Shown: positions 1 through 8,602 of the stretch, one piece after another | Position numbering within the stretch: position 1 is the stretch's first letter | Layout of the letters: every line of letters begins with the position of its first letter | DNA from: Myxococcota bacterium | GTDB taxonomy: Bacteria > Myxococcota_A > UBA796 > SXON01 | Assembly (NCBI GenBank): GCA_040386535.1 | Contig: JAZKFH010000022.1 | Coordinates: forward strand, 1 to 64,000 | Length of the DNA: 64,000 bases | Reading direction: 5' to 3' | Position numbers and translations under genes: made by a program | The notes under the pieces: generated by a model | What the model was told of the DNA's origin: nothing | Databases searched by the model: none | What the model saw: the letters and a program-made list of their open reading frames with translations, nothing else

Positions 1-66
1 GCCCCCAGCCGCGTCGGACGTGCGCAGGGAACGGCTGGTGGGCCGGGTTGAGCGTCAGCGCCTACA
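1..66. mobile_element. Possible IS terminal inverted repeat abutting the truncated first CRISPR repeat
   Basis: Sequence ends ...GCGCCTACA directly before the GGATTGAAAC remnant. The reverse complement TGTAGGCGCTGACGCTCAACCCGGCCCACC has a TGT start and resembles IS21-type ends. No transposase or second end is in the window. Confidence 0.3.
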
Positions 67-1668
67 GGATTGAAACTCGAGTGACATGCTGTACCACGGG
101 AAGATTCGATCCTCGGTTCGCGATGGGTCCCCGTGCGGAGGGGATTGAAACCCAGTCCGCGTGATCGACCGCGATCGAACCGGAGCCGGCGGCCATGGTC
201 ATCGTTTCGGCCACCCGCGCACTTGATCGGCGTGACGCACGTATGCTCGATGCCGATGCGTTTGGAAGACCGGGGGTGACACCTGATCTGTGCGAGTGGA
301 GACCTGCAAGGCTGGCGGGGTAGCGAGCATCGTTTCCACCGGCGCGCTCCCTGCGAGGAGGGCGGCTTCGCAGGGAGCGCGCCGGCGTTGGGTCGTCCGA
401 GGGGTGAGTGACCTCCGCCCCCAACGGTCACAGCGCCGCGTGGGCGTCCGTCGGGGTTCGCGATGGGTCCCCGTGCGGAGGGGATTGAAACGTCGGGTTG
501 GCGGTGGTATTTATCGTGTCATTGGTGTGGGTTCGCGATGGATCCCGTGCGGATGGGATTAAACTCTGCACCCGTGCGTACCGTTCGGCGCGGGGGTCCA
601 GGTTCGCGATGGATCCCCGTGCGGAGGGGATTGAAACAATGTCTCCAAGGCCAGGAGGATCTTCTCCTGGCCCCGAGGTTCGCGATGGATCCCCGTGCGG
701 AGGGGATTGAAACCTTCATCCGCTCACCAAAGGATTCTTGCATGACACAAGGCTCGCGATGGATCCCCGTGCGGAGGGGATTGAAACCGTTCCACTCCCG
801 GATTCCGCCGGGGATCGCCGAGAGGGCTCGCGATGGATCCCCGTGCGGAGGGGATTGAAACTAGGCGAGGCCCTCCACCTCGCCGCGCACGATGGTGGGG
901 CTCGCGATGGATCCCCGTGCGGAGGGGATTGAAACCCGTTGCGAATGGGAGCCACGAGGGCACTTCCGGCTCGCGATGGATCCCGGTGCGGAGGGGATTG
1001 AAACTACATCCCGAAGCCGATCGCGATCACGATGGCACCGGCTCGCGATGGATCCCGGTGCGGAGGGGATTGAAACTTGATGTCGGAGGCGAACTGCGCG
1101 GCGGCCTCGTCCCCAGGCTCGCGATGGATCCCCGTGCGGAGGGGATTGAAACTTGTTGCGCTCCGTGGCGCCGGGGAAGATGTCGGGCCCGCGATGGATC
1201 CCTGTGCGGAGGGGATTGAAACACCATCTGAGTGTGGAATGCACCGCTTCTGGCGGTAGGCTCGCGATGGATCCCCGTGCGGAGGGGATTGAAAATGTGG
1301 TACCGCCGTGCGGACCATCTGAGTGTGGAATGCGGCTCGCGATGGATCCCCGTGCGGAGGGGATTGAAACACTTCCCGTCCTCGACGTCGTGATCGGCGA
1401 GAGCGACGGGGCTCGCGATGGATCCCCGTGCGGAGGGGATTGAAAACACTTCCCGTCCTCGACGTCGTGATCGGCGAGAGCGACGGGGCTCGCGATGGAT
1501 CCCCATGCGGAGGGGATTGAAACGTCCCGCAGAACGCGGCTGTAGTTGGGACAGAGGCTCGCGATGGATCCCCGTGCGGAGGGGATTGAAACCTCGTACA
1601 CGCAGACCGTGCCTTCGAAGAAGATGATGGGGGCTCGCGATGGATTCCCGTGCGGAGGGGATTGAAAC
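67..1668 (+). CRISPR. CRISPR array, consensus repeat GG(C/T)TCGCGATGGATCCCCGTGCGGAGGGGATTGAAAC (37 nt); 18 full repeats plus one 3'-only remnant at 67-76
   Basis: Repeats start at 115, 455, 530 (degenerate, 35 nt), 601, 677, 751, 825, 899, 968, 1040, 1116, 1186, 1259, 1334, 1410, 1487, 1556 and 1632. Spacers are about 32-39 nt except the 303-bp gap at 152-454. A CCCC/GGGG hairpin followed by ATTGAAAC (8-nt Cas6 5' tag) indicates + orientation. Confidence 0.98.
339..385. repeat. Perfect 18-bp inverted repeat (stem-loop) inside the 303-bp array interruption
   Basis: CCGGCGCGCTCCCTGCGA (339-356) and TCGCAGGGAGCGCGCCGG (368-385), 11-nt loop. Confidence 0.9.
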
Positions 1669-1857
1669 CTGGGCGATGGCGTACCCACGCCCAATACGGT
1701 CGCGGCCGTTCCCCAGTCACGCCCGGTCGCGGCTCGTCCCGAGTTGTCGCAGAGCAGAGGTCGCGGAATGCCGCCGCCCGCCTCGCCCACGGCACCGAGG
1801 CAGCCCAAGAGCCGCATTGTTCCTGGACGCAGCACCAAGTGTGCGCGGTAACACATG

Positions 1858-1886
1858 CGCCTGGCCACCTTCGATCGCCAGGCGCC
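1858..1886. terminator. GC-rich hairpin between the array and the convergent PP2C gene, possible terminator
   Basis: GCGCCTGGC...GCCAGGCGC 9-bp stem; no poly-U tract. Confidence 0.3.
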
Positions 1887-1948
1887 TGACACCGGAGCGA
1901 AGGCAGGGGTATCCGCTGATGTGGTGTGGAAGGTGATGACAACCGCAC

Positions 1949-3421
1949 CTACCACCCCCTCCACACGCGCGCCCCTCCCGCGCCTCCCGTCGAAATCGCG
2001 CCTCCCTCGATCTCCAACCAGTCGGGCAGGACCCTCCCCGGGGTCCACCCCTCCGCGAGCGCGGCGTCACCGAGCTCGACGAGCGAGTGGGAGAGGAGGA
2101 GCACTACACGTCCGCCGCGGGGCGCGCTGAACACCGGCCCCCCGCGCTCCGTCGCGAGCCTCGTACCCACGATGCGCAGCTCGGCTGCCTCCTCGAGCTC
2201 GAACCGGAGGCTCTCGAAGCGGAGCGTCGTGTTCTCCACGAGCACGGTGGCGGACTCCTCGACATAGACCACGAGCTCCCCGCCAGGGGCCGACCAATCC
2301 GCGCTGAACAGCTCCAGGCGCGCCCCGGCACCTATACGTACAGAGCGCCACGCAGTCGCATCATGAGCGATCCGCCAGTCCGCGCCAGGGGGAACGTAGA
2401 GCGCATCGTCCTCCTGCGCGGCCTCGCCGCGATCCGTGCCGCCGGTGTCGCCATCAGCCTTCGAAGGATGGGGCGAGAGCCACACCGCCGCGGCGAGCAA
2501 CGAGAGGGCGCCTGTCGCGAGCGGTAGGAGCACGCCGAGAAGCGGGCGGCGCCGGGACGAGCCCGGGAGCTGGGTCACGGGGGCGTACGACACGGCCTCG
2601 TCCACCGCGGGCTCGAACGCGGCCTCGTGACCAGGTAGGGGCGCCGAGGGTTGGTGGGCCTCCGGCAACGCCCTCCACTCGGACAGCCGGCGCACCACAA
2701 GCACGCTCACGTTGTCTCCGGCGCCGCGCTCGGCCTGCATGGCCGTCGCGGCGTCGCGCACCGACATGGCGGTCTCGCGGGCCCCTGCGGCCCCGGCCCC
2801 CACGAGCGAGACCAGCCGGGCGCGCTCGACGTAGTCGCCCACGCCGTCGGAGCAGATCAACAGGGCTTCCCCCTCGCGGAGCGTCGCCTCGCGGAGCTGG
2901 AGCCAGGCATCCTCGCCGGGGGCGCGCGCCGAGATGCCGAGCGCGCGGGCCACGAGGTGACGTCGCGATGACCGCATGGCGACGATGTCGGGGAGTCCCG
3001 CGTCGTCTTCGCAGGTGTGATCCTCGGAGAGCTGGCAGCCCGAGCCCCCGGCGTCGAACTTGAACAGGCGCGTGTCCCCCACATGCCCCACAATCATCTC
3101 CCCGTCGGGATGATCGACGTTCACCCACGCGGCCGACGCCGTGGCGCCCATCGGTCGTGTCAGGCCGCTGCGCGCGCTCTCCGCGAGCATGGCCGCATTG
3201 GCGGAGAGGAAGGCCCGCTCGAGCAGGGAGGGGCAGGGCGGACCGATACACACGCGTTCGAACGCCTCGAGGGCGAGCCGCGCGGCGACCTCCCCGGCCT
3301 CTCGCCCGCCCATGCCATCGACCACCACGAAGAGGCCGCGCCCCGGGAGGCACAGCACCGCGTCTTCGTTTCCGTCGCGCCACGCGCCGGTGATGCTCTC
3401 GGTCCAGGCGTCAAGCGTCAT
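1949..3421 (-). CDS. PP2C-family Ser/Thr phosphatase with one TM helix and a C-terminal extracytoplasmic domain
   Basis: Motifs RDGNED, VVDGMGG, HVGDTR, CSDGV, GDNVSV; hydrophobic segment LLGVLLPLATGALSLLAAAVWL; ATGA overlap with the upstream gene. Confidence 0.92.
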   Translation of the reverse strand: MTLDAWTESITGAWRDGNEDAVLCLPGRGLFVVVDGMGGREAGEVAARLALEAFERVCIGPPCPSLLERAFLSANAAMLAESARSGLTRPMGATASAAWVNVDHPDGEMIVGHVGDTRLFKFDAGGSGCQLSEDHTCEDDAGLPDIVAMRSSRRHLVARALGISARAPGEDAWLQLREATLREGEALLICSDGVGDYVERARLVSLVGAGAAGARETAMSVRDAATAMQAERGAGDNVSVLVVRRLSEWRALPEAHQPSAPLPGHEAAFEPAVDEAVSYAPVTQLPGSSRRRPLLGVLLPLATGALSLLAAAVWLSPHPSKADGDTGGTDRGEAAQEDDALYVPPGADWRIAHDATAWRSVRIGAGARLELFSADWSAPGGELVVYVEESATVLVENTTLRFESLRFELEEAAELRIVGTRLATERGGPVFSAPRGGRVVLLLSHSLVELGDAALAEGWTPGRVLPDWLEIEGGAISTGGAGGARVWRGW

Positions 3422-4566
3422 GTGTCGCCCTCGACCTGGATCTCGACGCGCACGCGGCCAAACTGCACGGGCTTCCCGGTGGCCGGGAACAGCTCGGCCG
3501 CCACGTCACCCCCGCAGGACGCCGGAACGCTCCCCGTGTTGCGAATTCGGGTGCCCTCCGAGCCGAGATCGACCGTGAAGCGCACACCGTCCACGCCGAG
3601 GGCGAGGGCATCCCCGACGACTTCCGAGGCGGGACGCTGGAGCGCTACGCGCTGCGCTCCCGAGGGGCCCGTCAGGATCGCCCACCCGGCCACACACGTC
3701 TCGAAGCGCAGCTCGAAGCCACGCTCGGCTCGCTTTCCCGGCCAGACCACGACCCCAGAGCGGGGGAGCAGCACCGGGCTCGGTTGCTGGGGAGCAAGCG
3801 CAACCCGCTCGCCATCGGTCCCCTCCGCCACCAGGCCGAGGCTGCCGATGTTGCGCGCGAGTAGGCCACGGGCCGTGGGGCAACGGGAAAAGTGAAGGGC
3901 GTGACGGCTGACCAGGCCAAGGTCGCCCGCGGCGTCGGCAGGCGCGCGCACCACCGCCGTGTTGTCGGGCTCGCGCCCCAGCGTTTCGCCCGGCCGCAGC
4001 TCGGCGGTGCGGGCCCCCCCATGGTCCCGCCAGGACAGGCGGACGAGGCTCCCCGGCGTCCCTCCTGTAGGGTCGCGACGCTGGACGTCTTCCGCTACGC
4101 GGCCCAGATCGGTGGGCGGCGGACCAAAGTCCGTGCTGGAGCGCACGACGCCGTAGTTGGAGCCCTCCGGGCCGCCGCGCGCCCGACCAAAAGCCATGGG
4201 CGCGCCGCGCTGGATCGGGTGCACGTCGAGCGCCGCAGCGACGAACTGCACGCGCACCTTGGCTTCCGCCGGGTAGCGCAGCCGCGTGAGCATGGCGCTG
4301 CGCTGGCTGGCGAGCGCGGCGTCGATCTGCCCGAGCCAGGGCGCGATCCACTTCGCGTAGTCCTCGGGGTGCAGCACCAGGTCGACCTGCTCGTGCCAGG
4401 CCTGGTGTTCGGGCGTGATCCACACCCGCCCTTCTCCCAGAGCGCGCTCGAGCTCGACCCACAGATCCCTGAAGAAGGGCTCGACCAAGGCGGGTCCTGT
4501 GGCGGCGCTGGGGCCGGCGTACAGCGCTGCGGCAAGGCGATCGAGCAGCTCTTTGAAGCTTTTCAT
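3418..4566 (-). CDS. FHA-domain protein (FhaA-like; possibly a second degenerate FHA)
   Basis: TLGREPDN...VSRHAL...NIGSLG FHA signature; N-terminal LVLHPEDY resembles DUF3662/FhaA-N; ATGA overlaps at both ends. Confidence 0.75.
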   Translation of the reverse strand: MKSFKELLDRLAAALYAGPSAATGPALVEPFFRDLWVELERALGEGRVWITPEHQAWHEQVDLVLHPEDYAKWIAPWLGQIDAALASQRSAMLTRLRYPAEAKVRVQFVAAALDVHPIQRGAPMAFGRARGGPEGSNYGVVRSSTDFGPPPTDLGRVAEDVQRRDPTGGTPGSLVRLSWRDHGGARTAELRPGETLGREPDNTAVVRAPADAAGDLGLVSRHALHFSRCPTARGLLARNIGSLGLVAEGTDGERVALAPQQPSPVLLPRSGVVVWPGKRAERGFELRFETCVAGWAILTGPSGAQRVALQRPASEVVGDALALGVDGVRFTVDLGSEGTRIRNTGSVPASCGGDVAAELFPATGKPVQFGRVRVEIQVEGDT

Positions 4567-5324
4567 GGGGTCTCCGGCAAGAGGTGGAAGGTGATCTCGA
4601 ACCGGCGGCTGGCCCCGAGGATCAAGATTGTGTCGCCGCCTTGGAGGGGGAGGGGCGCGTGGAGGACGCAGTCAACTCCGCCCCGCCGAACGCGAAGCCG
4701 GTCACGATGACGTTCGCTCGGCGTGAGGAGCCACGCTTCGACGGCGGGCTCCCAACGGAGGCGGAACGCGTCGCCCCCGATGAAGGTCAGGGCAGCGGGG
4801 AGCTGGATGTCGTTGGGGGCGCCCGGGAGCTCGACGCCGAAGGGGCCGCGGCCGGCGAGCAGGGAGCAGCGGCGGCCGTCGACGAGATAGCTGCCGCCGG
4901 GCTGCCAGTGGAGCTCGGCCCGAGCGGGTGGCCGACCGTCGAAGCACACGCGGGGCGCCCCATGGGCCGCGCCGGGTACGCAGCGCACCGCGAGCGTGGG
5001 CGCTACGCCCGCGCCGGATGCGACGCGGGCGCGCTCGGCGAGCTCGGCCGCGAAGGCGGTGGACTCCAGCCGCTGCGTCACGATGGCCGAGAGGCCGTCT
5101 CCCCCCACCTCCACCCGGACCCAGGCCGGGGCGCCCGACACCCGCGCCCGGCGCGCCACCTCGCGCTCCACGGCCCGGGCGATCTCGTCCGCGCCAGCCG
5201 GTCCGCCCGCGGCCGATTGGAGCGGCCGCGCGAGGGAGTAGAAGCACGCGGTCATCGCCTGAATGAGCATGGTCATGCCCAGGGGACGCCGATCGAGCCC
5301 CGTACCTGACACCGGGCCCGTCAT
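4563..5324 (-). CDS. FHA-like domain protein
   Basis: C-terminal LLAGRG...NDIQLP...LPLQGGDTILI pattern; start chosen at the ATGA overlap with the RodA-PBP stop. Confidence 0.6.
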   Translation of the reverse strand: MTGPVSGTGLDRRPLGMTMLIQAMTACFYSLARPLQSAAGGPAGADEIARAVEREVARRARVSGAPAWVRVEVGGDGLSAIVTQRLESTAFAAELAERARVASGAGVAPTLAVRCVPGAAHGAPRVCFDGRPPARAELHWQPGGSYLVDGRRCSLLAGRGPFGVELPGAPNDIQLPAALTFIGGDAFRLRWEPAVEAWLLTPSERHRDRLRVRRGGVDCVLHAPLPLQGGDTILILGASRRFEITFHLLPETP

Positions 5325-8300
5325 GGGAGGTAGCCATGCTGCGAGAGCAGCTCGCCCACGCGCGGGGCAAGCCAGGCCGCGGAGCTTCCGCCGTACCCGC
5401 CGCGGACCACGAGGAACGCGAACGCATAACGACGGCCGTCGTCGCCCTCGTAATACCCGCCGAGCCACGCGTGGTTCGCGCCGGTTTCCGCGCCGATCGC
5501 GTTCTGCTGCGCCGTGCCGGTCTTCGCCCGGACCTCCCACCGCGCGCCATCGGGTTCCTTGGCTTCGCGCGCGGTTCCACCCGTGACGGCGTCGCGCATG
5601 TAGTCCTGCACGGGCAACACCGAACGACGCTTCGCGAGGTGCAGCGGGGTGCAGGGAACCTCCTCGCCCTCCGGCGCCAGGAGCTCGCACAGCGGTACGT
5701 CGCCCCCGTTGGCCACGGCGCTGAACGCGACCGCTACCTGGGTGGCCGTCATCTCCACGTGCCACTGGCCGAAGCCGGTCTGGGCCAGGGCGACGAGGTT
5801 GTTTTCGGGCACGTCGAAGCGGCTCATCGGGATGCGGGAAAAGAACTCGCGCAGGGCCGGGGCCCCGATCGCGATGGCGCGCTGGCCTTCGTAGAGGTTG
5901 CACGAATGGGAGATGGCCTCCCGGCTGTGGATCCAGCCGTGCCGCTCCCCCTCGTCGCAGCTGATCGACCGGCCGTGTTCACGCGTGCCGAACCACAGTT
6001 TGCCGAGGCAGTTGAAGTGGAAGTCCGGGTGGCCGAATTCCCGTGCGGCGATCTCGACGAGCACCTTGAAGATGCTGCCCGGGGGCAGCGGCAGGCGGGC
6101 GCGGTCGGTGAGCACGCCCATCCGTCCGTCGAACGCGCGCGTCGTCACGTCGGCGGAGGTGACGGCGTCGGGGTCCGGAGCGGGCGCCGAGGCCTGCACC
6201 AGCACGTGGCCGGTCTGCGCGTCGATGATGACCGCGGCGGCGGCCGGAGCGTTGACGCCCTTACGACGCATTGCTTGGAGCAGCAGCTCGTACACGTCCG
6301 CTTGCAGAGAAGCATCGATTGTGGTCTTGAGCCGAGGAATCTCTTTCCCGAGGCGCGCGAGCTCCGCGTCTCGGGCGGGGCCCGTCAGCATCGCCGCTCC
6401 GACCAACGCGGAGAGGTCCTCGACCTCAGTGGCGGCGGCCACCATGCGGCCGTGCGGCGCCGCGGCCGCCAGGATGGACTCTCGCGCGGCGCCTTCGCGC
6501 GGCGCTACGTCCCACAGGCGCCAGTCCTTGTCGGCGCAGGGCTCCTTGGCGCAGATCAGGACCGGCTCGATCGGGGTTGGGACCCGTCGAAACGGCGCCC
6601 AGCCGTCGACCGCCGCGTCTTCGAGCGTGTCCGGGTAGGGCGTGCGTCCGCCTCCACCAACACCCGCGAGCGGCGCCAGCGCGGCGCCGAAGGGGTAGCG
6701 TGGGCCTTCGCGCAGCGCCGCATCCACGATGGGCAGACCGCGCGTGTCCGAGATCATGGCGCCCGACAGCTCGTTCCGTGCTGCGACGAGCGCGGGGTCG
6801 TTCTTCGCGCGGATGTTCCCGTCTCCGTCCCGCACCACCATGGGCCGGACCAGCGTCTCCCGCCCGTTGATCGCGCCGATCCACGTCGCGCGCCCCACCA
6901 AGGCGAGCGCCGCTGCGAACGCCAGCGCCTCTGCCAGCAGGAGCCCGCGCAGGAAGGGGTCGCCCGCCCTCGCGTTGGCCTGGTCCGCCCGTTGGTGGTT
7001 CACGACGAGCGCCCCGAGGATCATCCACGTCACGAGCGCCGTGCCCCCGCGCGAGAGGAAGGGGGTCACGACCCCGGTGAGCGGCACGACACCGACCACG
7101 CCGAGGCCGATCACCGCGAGCTGGGCCGCGAGCAACACGCCGATCGCGACGGGCAGCAAGCGCGCCTCCGGCCGCGGGTGCGGCGTGGCGGCCGCGCGCA
7201 TCGCCGCGCGCACGAGGACGAGCAGCGCAGCGACGGCGACGGCGAGGCCGAAGACTCCCCAACATTCGGCAAGGTACGGCAGGATCATGTCCTTCGAGGC
7301 CTCCTCGAGGGACTCGGGACGCGCGTGCGCGATGCCCTGCCCCGTCCAGCGCCCGCGACTCATCGAGCGGAACCCGTTCGCCAGTTGACCGCCGCCCGGG
7401 AGCCCGTTTGCCCAGGGATGCTCGAAGATCTCCATGCGCTTTTGCGCGGTGAGCCCCGGAGCGATGCGGAGGGCCGCGAGGGCATGCGGGCCCACGAGCG
7501 TCGCCACCACCACGAGCAACGCCAGGCTCATGCGGCCCGTGATCGCGACGAGCAGTCCGGCGAGCGCGAAGAGAAGAATGAACGCCACGCCCCAGTCATC
7601 GAAGAGGGCGCCCGAGAGCGGCAGGAAGATCAGAGGCCCCGCGACCGCCGCGGCGACCCACGCGCGACCGCCGAGGCTCGCGCGGTAGCGCCCGATGAAG
7701 CTCGCGAGCCCGATCACGACGAGCGGCTTCACCCACTCCATCGGCTGTACGCTGCCGCTGCCGACGGGCAGGTCGATCCACGGCCCCGTGCGCCCGAGCG
7801 CGAGGTTTACCCCGGCGAGGAGCATGAAGAGCCCGGCGGCGGCGAGGATGGCCCCGCGTCCGTCGGTCACGGCCTCGGGCAGCGGCCTCCCGGCGAGGGC
7901 ACGCGCGGCGAGCGTGACTCCGACGCCAGCGACCGCGCCGAGCAGAAGATGAGTCGCGACCGCGCTCCACACGGGAGCCCCGGTGAGCGGCCCCGCGCAG
8001 CTTAGTTGGAGGACGAGGTTCGCAGCCGTCAGCCCCGCCATCGACGCCACGGGCGCAAGGCCGGTCCGTCCTGTCCGGCGGAGCAGAACCCCGCCCAGTA
8101 GCAGCCACGCTGCCGCCCACCATCCCAGCGCGGTGCCGAACGAACGGTAGAGCTGATCGGGCGTGCGGACGTTCCACCCCTCGGCGGCCAGGCCAAGTTC
8201 GAGCGCGCGGGCGGCTTCGGGCGAGAGCAGCGGTGCGGTCGACCTCCCCGCGCTCCGCGCCTTCACGATCGCCTTCCGGAGAGGAACGAGCGGTGCCGTC

Positions 8301-8602
8301 GCGAGCCCGGGCACCCCGTCGAGGTCCACGCGCCCGCGGGCGATCCCGGCCAGCGACGCGCTCTGCCGATCTCCCGTGAGCGCGGGCTTCCCGCCGGCGG
8401 CCAGGGCGGTTGCGAGGAACGCCCGATCCGCGTCTCCGACCTGCGCGGGCAGGGAGTCGGAGATGGCGGCCTCGATGTTCTCCTTGGTGAGGAGCGTTCC
8501 GGCCGCGTGTTCGCGCACGGCGCGCGCAATGGCTGTCCAGGCGCACGTCGCGATGACCGCGAGGAGCAGGCAATAGCGGGCAAACGGGGGCAAGCGGTTC
8601 AT
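5321..8602 (-). CDS. RodA/FtsW (SEDS) glycosyltransferase fused to a penicillin-binding transpeptidase
   Basis: Multi-TM region with SVQPMEWVK, KDMILPYLAECWG and PLTGVVTPFLSRGGT; transpeptidase motifs SxxK (PGSIFK), SxN (SCN) and KTG (AKTGTA) are intact; start at the ATGA overlap, 8602. Confidence 0.92.
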   Translation of the reverse strand: MNRLPPFARYCLLLAVIATCAWTAIARAVREHAAGTLLTKENIEAAISDSLPAQVGDADRAFLATALAAGGKPALTGDRQSASLAGIARGRVDLDGVPGLATAPLVPLRKAIVKARSAGRSTAPLLSPEAARALELGLAAEGWNVRTPDQLYRSFGTALGWWAAAWLLLGGVLLRRTGRTGLAPVASMAGLTAANLVLQLSCAGPLTGAPVWSAVATHLLLGAVAGVGVTLAARALAGRPLPEAVTDGRGAILAAAGLFMLLAGVNLALGRTGPWIDLPVGSGSVQPMEWVKPLVVIGLASFIGRYRASLGGRAWVAAAVAGPLIFLPLSGALFDDWGVAFILLFALAGLLVAITGRMSLALLVVVATLVGPHALAALRIAPGLTAQKRMEIFEHPWANGLPGGGQLANGFRSMSRGRWTGQGIAHARPESLEEASKDMILPYLAECWGVFGLAVAVAALLVLVRAAMRAAATPHPRPEARLLPVAIGVLLAAQLAVIGLGVVGVVPLTGVVTPFLSRGGTALVTWMILGALVVNHQRADQANARAGDPFLRGLLLAEALAFAAALALVGRATWIGAINGRETLVRPMVVRDGDGNIRAKNDPALVAARNELSGAMISDTRGLPIVDAALREGPRYPFGAALAPLAGVGGGGRTPYPDTLEDAAVDGWAPFRRVPTPIEPVLICAKEPCADKDWRLWDVAPREGAARESILAAAAPHGRMVAAATEVEDLSALVGAAMLTGPARDAELARLGKEIPRLKTTIDASLQADVYELLLQAMRRKGVNAPAAAAVIIDAQTGHVLVQASAPAPDPDAVTSADVTTRAFDGRMGVLTDRARLPLPPGSIFKVLVEIAAREFGHPDFHFNCLGKLWFGTREHGRSISCDEGERHGWIHSREAISHSCNLYEGQRAIAIGAPALREFFSRIPMSRFDVPENNLVALAQTGFGQWHVEMTATQVAVAFSAVANGGDVPLCELLAPEGEEVPCTPLHLAKRRSVLPVQDYMRDAVTGGTAREAKEPDGARWEVRAKTGTAQQNAIGAETGANHAWLGGYYEGDDGRRYAFAFLVVRGGYGGSSAAWLAPRVGELLSQHGYLP

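Noticed and set aside
290..426. Cobalamin riboswitch (GAGACCTGC) or group II intron remnant in the array insert
   Set aside because: The other conserved riboswitch elements and the intron domain V motif are not visible.
77..1631. Self-targeting spacers within the window
   Set aside because: No match was noticed by eye; the check was not exhaustive and needs an alignment.
1698..1766. Three GGTCGCGG copies after the last repeat as degenerate repeats
   Set aside because: Too short, spacing is about 30 nt rather than about 73 nt, and they are plausible by chance at this GC content.
62..2048. Many ORFs over the array, e.g. 861..2048 (-) 395 aa and 1004..1948 (-)
   Set aside because: They are translations of CRISPR repeats (recurring FQSPPHGDPSR / SIPSARGSIAS).
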